DNA of 64,000 bases. Source: Sphingobacteriales bacterium (GTDB lineage: Bacteria > Bacteroidota > Bacteroidia > AKYH767-A > OLB10). Where the stretch lies: contig JAJTFW010000014.1 in assembly GCA_021299095.1 (NCBI GenBank), forward strand, positions 9,101-73,100. The letters are read 5' to 3'. Position 1 is the first letter of the stretch; each line of letters begins with the position of its first letter. The translations under genes were made by a program, and so were the position numbers. A model generated the notes under the pieces. That model saw only the letters and a program-made list of their open reading frames with translations, was not told where the DNA came from and searched no databases. Below are positions 47,366 through 56,125 of this stretch, piece by piece.

Positions 47366-47620
47366 ATGGGGGCTGAGGACTTTGATCCTCTTTTTGATGA
47401 AGCTGCACACATGGTCGTGCAATTCCAGCAGGGATCTGCTTCCTTACTGCAACGTCGCTTAAAACTGGGGTATAATCGGGCTGGTCGCCTCATCGACCAA
47501 TTAGAAGCCGCAGGGATTATCGGGCCATTCGAAGGCTCTAAAGCACGGGAGGTTCGCTGCAAGGACCTGGCCGGTTTGGAACAATTGTTGAAGGACATCC
47601 GCTCGCCTCATGGTGTCTGA
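47366..47620 (+). CDS. ftsK: FtsK gamma (winged-helix) domain fragment in a different frame
   Basis: DPLFDEAAHMVV..QQGSASLLQRRLKLGYNRAGRLIDQLEAAGIIGPFEGSKAREV. The same frame is open back to about 47288 and reads LPYIGEGDSAGGGND before the Met. Confidence 0.85.
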   Translation: MGAEDFDPLFDEAAHMVVQFQQGSASLLQRRLKLGYNRAGRLIDQLEAAGIIGPFEGSKAREVRCKDLAGLEQLLKDIRSPHGV

Positions 47621-47632
47621 TATCGGGCATCT

Positions 47633-47640
47633 TATATTTG
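47633..47640 (+). promoter_or_regulatory. -7 box candidate (TAnnTTTG) for lolA
   Basis: TATATTTG ends 7 nt before ATG 47648. Confidence 0.35.
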
Positions 47641-47647
47641 CACTCCC

Positions 47648-48301
47648 ATGAAAATGAACCTCCATCGGCTTCTTAGCCTTGCACTGTCTTTCTTCTTCTC
47701 CCTTCATTGCTCAGCCCAGGTTGATCAACGTGCCAATGAAATTTTAAAATCGGTCAGTGCCAAATACAAGTCATACACGTCATTACAGGCGAGTTTCACC
47801 TTGAACCGACTTGATCAAAAAACACAAAAAAGTGAAAAGTACGAGGGGAGTATCAGCCTCAGCGGGATTCGTTATCAGTTCAGCATGGCCGACCAGACGG
47901 TCATTTGTGATGGGAAAACAACCTGGACCTATCTGAAAGAAGCCAACGAAGTACAGATCAGCGACAACAAGCCTGCTGAAGGAGCCATTACACCGACCAA
48001 CATTTTCACCTTATATGAAAAGGGCTTCAAGTCGAAGTTTATGGGTGAGAAAACCGCTGGGAAGTCTACGGTTCAACAAATCGAGCTCACGCCGGAGGAT
48101 TCCCGAAAATCCTTTTTCAAGATTCTACTGACGATTGACAAGTCCGGAAAATACGTACGCGAGGCTCGCATTTTCGAGAAAAGTGGCAGCATTACTACGT
48201 ATTCGATCGTCAAGTTTTCACCGAACACCAGTCTTGCTGCGGATGTATTCAGCTTTAACAAAGCGAAGTTTCCGGGCGCAGAAATCGTAGACCTTCGATA
48301 A
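47648..48301 (+). CDS. lolA: outer-membrane lipoprotein carrier LolA-like protein
   Basis: Signal peptide, about 215 aa, the LolA-like pattern (A..IL..V..KY.S..SL.A.F......) and its conserved position after ftsK. Confidence 0.6.
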   Translation: MKMNLHRLLSLALSFFFSLHCSAQVDQRANEILKSVSAKYKSYTSLQASFTLNRLDQKTQKSEKYEGSISLSGIRYQFSMADQTVICDGKTTWTYLKEANEVQISDNKPAEGAITPTNIFTLYEKGFKSKFMGEKTAGKSTVQQIELTPEDSRKSFFKILLTIDKSGKYVREARIFEKSGSITTYSIVKFSPNTSLAADVFSFNKAKFPGAEIVDLR

Positions 48302-48318
48302 GGCTTCTTAGCCGTCAA

Positions 48319-50868
48319 TCATCGATTGTCGAATCGGTCGTTTTTACGTGTCAGCTTCAAATCTTGAAGCATCGATGATTTGACGTTGATTTGAAAGAAG
48401 AAATTCTGCTGGAATCCGAATGGCACCCAGTTCAAGCTCATTTCCCAGCAGTGTAAATCACGGTAGATACCCAACGAGGTGTAACTTATTTCACCGGATC
48501 TGAAATCATAGCCGGTGTTGTAATTGACTTTCCAGGAAGGAGTCAACTGCAAATCCCCGTTCATGCTAATGGTTTGCGTTACGTCATCACCGGTGACAAC
48601 CGAATTCTGGTAAAAGACGTTATATGCGAAGCTCAGTGAAAACGGCACCTCCGGATCGAAGTAATCCCCAGGTCGTTTGCTCATTTCCGCTTTGCGTTCA
48701 TCGGCTTGCGTGTCTTGCTTTGACTGCTGTCGCTTGGTTACACTGAAGTTTAGACTGAAGTTCGCATTGGTCAAGCGACCTATCCTTCCGTTTTGATTCC
48801 ATTCCAATGTGTTGATGCGGGTTCCATTGGAAGTGGTAACATATGGATCAATCGTTGCGAACATATTCAGGCTGACGCGATCAACGATAGTTGCTCTACC
48901 CGTTATGCTCATGGGGGATAACCTCAATGAATCCGCAGCGAAATTATAGGCCGTATTGAGCGATAAGCTTTCAAATAACTTGACCTTTTTCAATACCTCG
49001 GCCGTATCCGTTTGCTTGCGAAGTTTCATCTCCAGGTTATTGTCGAGGGAAAATGCAAGCAGTGACGCCTTACCAACACCAGGTCCTCCGAAAATACTCC
49101 CTTCAAAAATCGAGTATTGCTGCATGCGTCCCGTTGTATCTACCTGCACCTGCTTGTAGTAGCCCAACGCTGGATCACTGAAGTCCGGCTTAAACGTATA
49201 CGCAAGCGTTGGTGTCATCACGTGCCTTACCGCTGCAAGCCTTCCGCGTTTAAATTGTACCAAACCATAGACCCTGGTGTTTAATGATGCTGAAAAACTG
49301 AACTCACGGGCTGCCTTGAAACCATCTACTGTATCCACATCAACAAGGGCTTTATCCGCATCCCAACGCTTTTGAATCGTTCTGAGGTACCACTTTTCCG
49401 TGTAGGCAATGGATGGTGTAAGTGTGAAAAACTTGCCGATACTCAGATTGGTATTGATTGGCACAGAATGTTGCATGCCGTTGCGGAACTGGCTTAAGCT
49501 AGATTCAGTAAAAAGCAGACTATCCTTGGTTGTGATCGAATTGATAAACGATGAGGTATACCCGACTCCGATTCGTTCATACCATCGGATGGATCCCACT
49601 TGCTGTTTTCGTTTGAAGGGGCTTTGACGTGCCACGTTAAAGGTTGCGCTAGGTAACGAGATGGAAATATCACCGGTCTGCGTATTCTGGGTATGCGTTG
49701 CAGCAATGCTCAGGTTGATGGGCTTTCCTATCCAGGCTTTGGACCAAGCAACGGATGATGTAAAAGTGTTCGTTAGAAAATTGTTTGCATTGGTTAGGTT
49801 GTACCGATAGAACGTGTTTGATCCGGCATTCACGTTTGCTGTAAAACTTGTCCCCGGCCTGGCTTTGGAATCCTGCGTATGGTTCCACCGAACAAAAAAG
49901 GCCTTTTCAAGACTATAGTCTGGGAATTCAGGTCTGCTGGTTCGCGTATTGGAGTAATTCACAGAAAAGTTGCCACTGAAACGGTAACGCCAATTGTAAT
50001 TGGAGAAGGCATTGACTCTCCAGCTTCCTTTGCTGTAGATATCACCGGTTAGCGCCAGATCAAAATGGTCGCTCAGGCCCAGGTAATAGCCGCCGTTTTT
50101 CAGAAAAAAGCCAAGCTGACGCGAATCACCATACTGCGGAAACAGGATTCCGGATGATCGTCCTTTGACATTCGGGAAAAATCCGAAAGGAATGGCAACC
50201 GGAGTAGGAACGCCCATCACAAAAAGATCGGCAGGACCGGTAACAACCTTGTCATTCGGAATTACTTTGATCTTATCTGACTTTAGGCAGTAGTGAGGTT
50301 GAGGTGCATCGCATGTAGTGAAGTACCCCTTGCTGACAAACGTCGAATTGTCGGGTTCCTTTCGGACGGATTGGCCGTGAATGAGACTTTCACCATCACG
50401 GGTAGTTACCTCTGTAATTTTCCCTCGTTTGGTTTCGAAATTGTACCGAATCGTCTCTGCATCGAACTTGTCCTCACCCTGCTTAAATTTCGGGGCACCT
50501 CGAAGCACTCCGTTGCTATCGGGCCAAGCACTGGAAAACAAGGTTTTTGTTTCAATATCAAGGTGGATATAATCGGCCTCAAGCTGAATGTCTTCGTACT
50601 CCATGAAGGCCTCACCATACAAGAACACCATCCCTGAATTCAAATCATATACCACAGAGTCACGAGCCTTGTACTTGACCGGAGATTCAAACTCGTCCGC
50701 AAGTAAAAGTGAGTCAGGTACAGTAATGGTATCTGTGGACAGGCTATCTTGTCCAGACGCGGATGAAAAAAGCAGCAGCAATAACCCAATGGTACCCAGG
50801 TAGCTTTTAACCCTGCTGCATACCGGCGACCAACAAAATGACGTTAATAAGTAGTGCACTCTGCACAT
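48319..50868 (-). CDS. LptD/OstA-like large outer-membrane beta-barrel protein
   Basis: About 850 aa, signal peptide, an N-terminal OstA-like beta-jellyroll region (VYDLNSGMVFLYGEAFMEYEDIQLEADYIHLD), and a C-terminus rich in aromatic residues with alternating beta pattern. Start is ATG 50868 or 50877. Confidence 0.55.
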   Translation of the reverse strand: MCRVHYLLTSFCWSPVCSRVKSYLGTIGLLLLLFSSASGQDSLSTDTITVPDSLLLADEFESPVKYKARDSVVYDLNSGMVFLYGEAFMEYEDIQLEADYIHLDIETKTLFSSAWPDSNGVLRGAPKFKQGEDKFDAETIRYNFETKRGKITEVTTRDGESLIHGQSVRKEPDNSTFVSKGYFTTCDAPQPHYCLKSDKIKVIPNDKVVTGPADLFVMGVPTPVAIPFGFFPNVKGRSSGILFPQYGDSRQLGFFLKNGGYYLGLSDHFDLALTGDIYSKGSWRVNAFSNYNWRYRFSGNFSVNYSNTRTSRPEFPDYSLEKAFFVRWNHTQDSKARPGTSFTANVNAGSNTFYRYNLTNANNFLTNTFTSSVAWSKAWIGKPINLSIAATHTQNTQTGDISISLPSATFNVARQSPFKRKQQVGSIRWYERIGVGYTSSFINSITTKDSLLFTESSLSQFRNGMQHSVPINTNLSIGKFFTLTPSIAYTEKWYLRTIQKRWDADKALVDVDTVDGFKAAREFSFSASLNTRVYGLVQFKRGRLAAVRHVMTPTLAYTFKPDFSDPALGYYKQVQVDTTGRMQQYSIFEGSIFGGPGVGKASLLAFSLDNNLEMKLRKQTDTAEVLKKVKLFESLSLNTAYNFAADSLRLSPMSITGRATIVDRVSLNMFATIDPYVTTSNGTRINTLEWNQNGRIGRLTNANFSLNFSVTKRQQSKQDTQADERKAEMSKRPGDYFDPEVPFSLSFAYNVFYQNSVVTGDDVTQTISMNGDLQLTPSWKVNYNTGYDFRSGEISYTSLGIYRDLHCWEMSLNWVPFGFQQNFFFQINVKSSMLQDLKLTRKNDRFDNR

Positions 50869-50899
50869 TCCGAACATAGGTATCGCCAATCTATCCACC

Positions 50900-50907
50900 T
50901 AATTTTG
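50900..50907 (+). promoter_or_regulatory. -7 box candidate (TAnnTTTG) for the amidase gene
   Basis: TAATTTTG lies 26 nt before ATG 50934. Confidence 0.3.
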
Positions 50908-50933
50908 AAGGCGTAAAGCTACAAAACCCCGAC

Positions 50934-52241
50934 ATGAGAGGCCTTTGCACTATCGCTCTTGCACTGATCGGCGTTGCCGTGCAGGTAATTCCCTGCTCAG
51001 CTTCCGAGCCGTATAAGATCCGAACCGTTGTAATCGACGCCGGACATGGTGGACATGATGCCGGATGTCTGGGGGCATCATCTCAAGAAAAGCACGTTGC
51101 GCTCGACATTGCACTGAAGCTCGGGAAACAGATTGAGAACAATTACCCTGATATCAAGGTCGTATACACCCGAAAAACGGATGTTTTTATTCCACTTCAC
51201 GAACGGGCACAGATTGCTAATAAGGCCAATGCCGAACTTTTTATTTGTATTCACTTGAATTCCGGAGGTAAACCTGCATTTGGTGCAGAAACCTACGTAA
51301 TGGGGAACCACAAATCCGCCGACAATCTATTGGTAGCAAAACGCGAAAATGATGTGGTGCAACTTGAAGATGATTACCTGAAAAAGTACGATGGCTTCGA
51401 CCCGAATTCACCTGAAGCAGACATCATTTTCACCCTATACCAAAGTCGTTTTATGGCTCAAAGCTTGATGTTCGCCAGCAATGTACAGGATGAATTCAGC
51501 GTTTACGCGGGTCGGCACGACCGCGGTGTAAAGCAGGCTGGTTTTCTTGTACTGTATAAGACGGCTATGCCCAGTGTATTGATTGAATGCGGTTTCTTGA
51601 CGCATGATAAAGAGGAGAAATTCCTGGCTTCCGACAAGGGACAGAATCTGATGGCCACAGCTATCTATAGGGCCTTCAAAGCTTATAAGATCGACATGGA
51701 GTCGGGAAAGCAAATTCCCGAAAGCGAGGCTCCTGTGCAGCCCCAAGCGACTCCGAAAACACAACCCGGACCTCCCGTAGCCGCAACCCAGACAGCACCG
51801 CTCACCGATAAAGCATCCAATCCGGGAACAGCAAATGCAAACCCTTTATCTACCGCACCTTCTGATCCGGTCAAAAAAACGGATAACCAGAAACTAACAC
51901 CCGCATTGGTCGATTCGGCAAACAAACAGACCGCAGTTCTCCCCTCTTCTAGCAGCTCACCGTCACCTGCCTCTCCTGCAGTGTTCATTGCCGTACAAAT
52001 TGGAGCCAGTAAGGATCCAGCCAATGACGATGCAAAATACCTTAAGCGCAAAGACGTGTCGGCTGTCCGTTGCGATGACGGATACACACGTTACTTAATA
52101 GGTCGGTTTACCGACGAACAAGAAGCACGAAAAAAGCTTTCCCAAGTCAAATCAGGAGGCTTACCCGATGCATTTCTGACTGCGATTGATGGAAAAAGAA
52201 GAATTCCAGTAGCTGAAGCGCTCTCAAAATTAACCCCCTGA
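50934..52241 (+). CDS. N-acetylmuramoyl-L-alanine amidase (Amidase_3) with Pro/Thr linker and C-terminal SPOR domain
   Basis: VVIDAGHGGHDAGC, ICIHLNS, ECGFLT motifs. P/T/A-rich linker. SPOR-like tail (FIAVQIGAS..YTRYLIGRF..EARKKL). Confidence 0.88.
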   Translation: MRGLCTIALALIGVAVQVIPCSASEPYKIRTVVIDAGHGGHDAGCLGASSQEKHVALDIALKLGKQIENNYPDIKVVYTRKTDVFIPLHERAQIANKANAELFICIHLNSGGKPAFGAETYVMGNHKSADNLLVAKRENDVVQLEDDYLKKYDGFDPNSPEADIIFTLYQSRFMAQSLMFASNVQDEFSVYAGRHDRGVKQAGFLVLYKTAMPSVLIECGFLTHDKEEKFLASDKGQNLMATAIYRAFKAYKIDMESGKQIPESEAPVQPQATPKTQPGPPVAATQTAPLTDKASNPGTANANPLSTAPSDPVKKTDNQKLTPALVDSANKQTAVLPSSSSSPSPASPAVFIAVQIGASKDPANDDAKYLKRKDVSAVRCDDGYTRYLIGRFTDEQEARKKLSQVKSGGLPDAFLTAIDGKRRIPVAEALSKLTP

Positions 52242-52248
52242 ATCAACC

Positions 52249-53187
52249 GTGAAACTTTCACCGGAAGCAAAAACTGGAATACTCATCACTGCTGCCCTGG
52301 CCGCTCTGCTCTGGGGACTTAATTACCTCAAGGGTAAAGATGTATTCACATCAAGAAATCGATTCTATGCTGTTTATTCAAATGTAGATGGGCTCGTAAC
52401 CTCGAATCCGGTATTCATGAATGGATACCGGATCGGGATTGTAAACGACATTGACTTTGCCCCCGATCGTTCCGGCAAATTGGTTGTTACACTACTCATC
52501 GACCGGGATGTTTTCGTTTCAGACAACTCGGTAGCGCGCATTTTTAGTTCAGATCTTATCGGAACAAAGGCGCTCCGGATCGATCTTGGCACTTCACCAA
52601 CAGCGCATTCCGATGAGGATACACTGCAGGCCGAATTGGAGTTCAGCTTTGCCCAACAAGTGGGACAGCAGGTTGGACCGATTAAAGACAAAACGGAACG
52701 GCTAATTGAGTCGATCGATTCCCTGGCCGGCATTATGCATCGCCTTTTGGATCCCCAAACACAAGGGCATATCAAGGGAAGTTTGGCACATATTGAATCA
52801 TCCGCCAGTTCACTCGACCATTTACTCGGTTCCGAAAACAGCGATTTGAATCGGACATTGGCCAATCTAAGAATACTCAGCAATACCCTTTCATCAAACC
52901 AATCTCAAATCACGCGCACGCTGAACAACCTTGCGAATGTGAGTGATAGCCTCACAGCATCTGAATTGCCTGCAACACTTCGGAACGCAGCCAGTATAAC
53001 ATCCCGGCTCGACCGCACATTGGCTGGCCTTGAACTAGGTCAAGGGACACTAGGTATGTTGATCAAAAGCGACTCATTGTATGTCAATCTTAATCAATCC
53101 TCGAAAAGCCTTGACAGCCTGCTCATTGACCTTCGCTCCCACCCCAGCCGGTATGTGCATTTTTCACTCTTTGGAAGGAAGCGTTGA
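52249..53187 (+). CDS. MlaD/MCE-family protein
   Basis: N-terminal TM, MCE core (V.GL...NPV..NG..IG.V..I), long helical C-terminus. GTG start. Confidence 0.75.
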   Translation: MKLSPEAKTGILITAALAALLWGLNYLKGKDVFTSRNRFYAVYSNVDGLVTSNPVFMNGYRIGIVNDIDFAPDRSGKLVVTLLIDRDVFVSDNSVARIFSSDLIGTKALRIDLGTSPTAHSDEDTLQAELEFSFAQQVGQQVGPIKDKTERLIESIDSLAGIMHRLLDPQTQGHIKGSLAHIESSASSLDHLLGSENSDLNRTLANLRILSNTLSSNQSQITRTLNNLANVSDSLTASELPATLRNAASITSRLDRTLAGLELGQGTLGMLIKSDSLYVNLNQSSKSLDSLLIDLRSHPSRYVHFSLFGRKR

Positions 53188-53227
53188 TTCGAACGTTTCA
53201 GTTATTTTAGAAACTTCAATTTAGCCT

Positions 53228-54532
53228 ATGATCGCGCAAATCATCTTTGCCCTGTTTCTTGGTGTCGGCATCTATTTTTTCGCTCGAAAAATTCGGGAAG
53301 TCAACAAACTCATTGCCCTTGGTCAACCGCTTGATCGGAAAGACCGGATATCCGAGCGCTGGAAGACCATGTTTCGTGTAGCAATGGGTCAATCAAAGAT
53401 GACCAGCCGACCGGTAGCGGCCTTTTTTCATCTCATCATTTACCTCGGTTTCATTATCATCAATATTGAAGTCCTTGAGATCATAGCTGATGGTTTGTTC
53501 GGTACGCACCGTCTTTTTGCTCCACTTGGATTGGTGTATGATTACTTGATTGCATCCTTTGAGGTTCTTGCTTTTCTTGTACTAGTGGCCTGTGTCGTTT
53601 TTCTCTCGCGGCGCAACCTGTACCGAATTCGGAGATTCAACATGGATGAATTGAAGGCCTGGCCACGGCAGGATGCCAATATCATTTTGGTGATTGAGAT
53701 TTTCCTGATGAGTGCATTCCTGTTGATGAACGCAGCTGATCAACTACTCCAAGCTGCTGGTCACGGGCACTACATAAGTGCTGGTTTGTTTCCAATCAGT
53801 TCCATGTTGACTCCTATTCTGTCGGGATGGACTACTGAGTCCCTGGTACTGGCTGAGCGCGGCCTCTGGTGGTTTCACATTCTGGGCATCCTGGCGTTTT
53901 TGAATTATGTACCGTACTCTAAGCATTTTCACATCCTGCTGGCCTTTCCCAATACTTTCTATGCAAAACTGGATCCATCCGGAAAACTGGACAATTTGCT
54001 CAATGTGACGCGCGAGGTAAAACTGGCGTTCGACCCATCGGCTACCATTACTCCGGAAGAAGCATCTGCGCCAAATCGGTTCGGCGCACGCGACGTGACC
54101 GACCTAAGTTGGAAGCAACTGATGGATGCGTACTCGTGTACAGAATGCGGTCGTTGCACTTCATCCTGCCCTGCAAATCTGACAGGAAAGAAACTATCTC
54201 CGAGAAAAATCATGATGGATACCCGTGATAGGCTCGAAGAGATTGGACGGAACCGCTTAAAGAATAACGCCGAATCAGATGATGGTAAATCTCTTCTGCA
54301 TGACTACATCACACCCGAAGAATTGTGGGCATGCACCAGCTGTAACGCCTGTGTGGAAGAATGTCCAGTACTCATTGATCCTTTGTCGATTATCATTGAT
54401 TTGAGGCGCAACCTGGTCTTGGAAGAGAGTGCCGCACCACAAGAGCTCAATGGCATGTTCACGCGCATTGAAAACAATGGTGCACCTTGGCAATTCTCAC
54501 CATCCGACCGCATGAACTGGACACAATCCTGA
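53228..54532 (+). CDS. membrane-anchored 2x[4Fe-4S] protein (HdrC/DsrK-N-like)
   Basis: About 5-6 N-terminal TM segments, then CTECGRCTSSCP and CTSCNACVEECP ferredoxin motifs. Confidence 0.75.
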   Translation: MIAQIIFALFLGVGIYFFARKIREVNKLIALGQPLDRKDRISERWKTMFRVAMGQSKMTSRPVAAFFHLIIYLGFIIINIEVLEIIADGLFGTHRLFAPLGLVYDYLIASFEVLAFLVLVACVVFLSRRNLYRIRRFNMDELKAWPRQDANIILVIEIFLMSAFLLMNAADQLLQAAGHGHYISAGLFPISSMLTPILSGWTTESLVLAERGLWWFHILGILAFLNYVPYSKHFHILLAFPNTFYAKLDPSGKLDNLLNVTREVKLAFDPSATITPEEASAPNRFGARDVTDLSWKQLMDAYSCTECGRCTSSCPANLTGKKLSPRKIMMDTRDRLEEIGRNRLKNNAESDDGKSLLHDYITPEELWACTSCNACVEECPVLIDPLSIIIDLRRNLVLEESAAPQELNGMFTRIENNGAPWQFSPSDRMNWTQS

Positions 54533-54547
54533 TCAACGAAACAACGC

Positions 54548-55336
54548 ATGGAAACATTCAAAGTACCTACGCTTTCCGAATTGGCTACGGCTGGTGTTAC
54601 ACCAGAAATCGTTTTTTGGGTTGGTTGTGCCGGAAGCTTCGATGATCGCGCACGTAAAGTCACCAAAGCTGTCGCACGTATACTGAACCATTGTGGTATC
54701 ACATTCGCTGTTTTGGGAACGGAAGAAAGCTGCACAGGCGATCCTGCAAAACGTGCCGGAAATGAATTCCTTTTTCAAATGCAGGCTAGCAACAACGTAG
54801 CAACCTTGAATGGGTACTCCGTTAAAAAGATAGTGACCGCGTGCCCGCATTGCTTCAATACCCTGAAAAATGAATATCCAGGACTTGGAGGTAATTACGA
54901 AGTAATCCACCACAGTGAGTTGCTGCAAGAGCTGATTGATACAGGCAAATTACGGGTACAAGGTGGAGCCTATAAGGGGAAACGAATCACCTACCATGAC
55001 CCTTGCTATCTTGGACGTGCTAATTCAGTGTACGAGGCTCCACGACGTGTTCTCATGCGCCTCGACAGCCTGATGGTTGAAATGAAACGTAGCCGCTCCA
55101 AAGGACTTTGCTGTGGTGCGGGTGGTGCTCAAATGTTCAAGGAACCGGAACAAGGCAACAAAGACATCAACATGGAACGCGCCGAGGAAGCACTTGCCCT
55201 TAAACCCGAGGTCATCGCTGTTGCTTGTCCCTTTTGCATGACCATGCTGTCTGATGGTGTAAAAATGAACAACAAGGAGCAGGAAGTCTCTGTCAAGGAC
55301 ATTGCCGAGCTACTTGCTGAAGCAGCCGACTTGTAA
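54548..55336 (+). CDS. CCG-domain (HdrB/GlpC-like) Fe-S protein
   Basis: Two Cys-rich CCG repeats (CAGS..CTGDP..CPHC and DPCYLGR..CCGAGG..ACPFC). Confidence 0.75.
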   Translation: METFKVPTLSELATAGVTPEIVFWVGCAGSFDDRARKVTKAVARILNHCGITFAVLGTEESCTGDPAKRAGNEFLFQMQASNNVATLNGYSVKKIVTACPHCFNTLKNEYPGLGGNYEVIHHSELLQELIDTGKLRVQGGAYKGKRITYHDPCYLGRANSVYEAPRRVLMRLDSLMVEMKRSRSKGLCCGAGGAQMFKEPEQGNKDINMERAEEALALKPEVIAVACPFCMTMLSDGVKMNNKEQEVSVKDIAELLAEAADL

Positions 55337-55344
55337 TTGCAGCC

Positions 55345-55983
55345 TCAGTTTCCTTGACGTACCTTTTCGATAATCTTGGACATTTCAGCCTCAAAAGACT
55401 CCAGTTTTTCCTGAACAATACCGGCTCCTTCTTCTATGGAATGGCGGATAGTGTTTTTTTCCTTTTCATAGCGCTTGCGAAACTTGTTCAACGCATCCTC
55501 TGCTTCCATCCCCGCAAGATGTGTTCTGACTTTTAACAGGTCAAAGCGGATCTTCCAGTCCATCCACTCCTCCTTCATGCTCTCACGAAATTGATGATAC
55601 TCGGGTCGGGCTTCAATCCGTTTCCTCAAATCCATCCATGCCTCCGTGATTTGCTCTTGCTGCGTATGCACGACATGGGTCGTTTCAGCTGCAGCTACCG
55701 ATACCAATTTTCGCATGGATAACAAACGGGACTTTATCTCCTTCACCTCTCCATTTGCATCTTCTTTCCAACCATGCACTTCCTTATCCAAAAGGTCTAG
55801 TGTGTGCAAAAATTTCGATTTCAGCTCGTTAAAACGTTTTGCCATCCAGACCTCAGCTTGCTTTTCACCTTTGCCAATCTCCGTCCACTCTTCATCAATC
55901 ACCTTACCCACGCGCTCGGCGATTCGCGCGAAAGTTTTCTTTTGAGCTTCTGATTTTTCCTGTTGGTTTACGGGCGTGTCCAT
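55345..55983 (-). CDS. hypothetical all-helical Trp-rich protein
   Basis: 212 aa with no signal peptide, charged heptad-like sequence, and three EEW/EAW motifs (EEWTEI, EAWMDL, EEWMDW). No family recognised. Confidence 0.45.
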   Translation of the reverse strand: MDTPVNQQEKSEAQKKTFARIAERVGKVIDEEWTEIGKGEKQAEVWMAKRFNELKSKFLHTLDLLDKEVHGWKEDANGEVKEIKSRLLSMRKLVSVAAAETTHVVHTQQEQITEAWMDLRKRIEARPEYHQFRESMKEEWMDWKIRFDLLKVRTHLAGMEAEDALNKFRKRYEKEKNTIRHSIEEGAGIVQEKLESFEAEMSKIIEKVRQGN

Positions 55984-56109
55984 GGTTGTGAATTTTGTTC
56001 GAAAGTAGACCCATTAACACCCTTGGATTTAGATCACACCTCATGTCAGAGCATGAGATGTGTCATCTGACTCACCTGCAGCCATTCACAGGCTATCGAA
56101 TTGTTGAAC

Positions 56110-56117
56110 TACCTTTG
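56110..56117 (+). promoter_or_regulatory. -7 box candidate (TAnnTTTG) for mlaE
   Basis: TACCTTTG ends 8 nt before ATG 56126. Confidence 0.3.
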
Positions 56118-56125
56118 TTAGCGTG

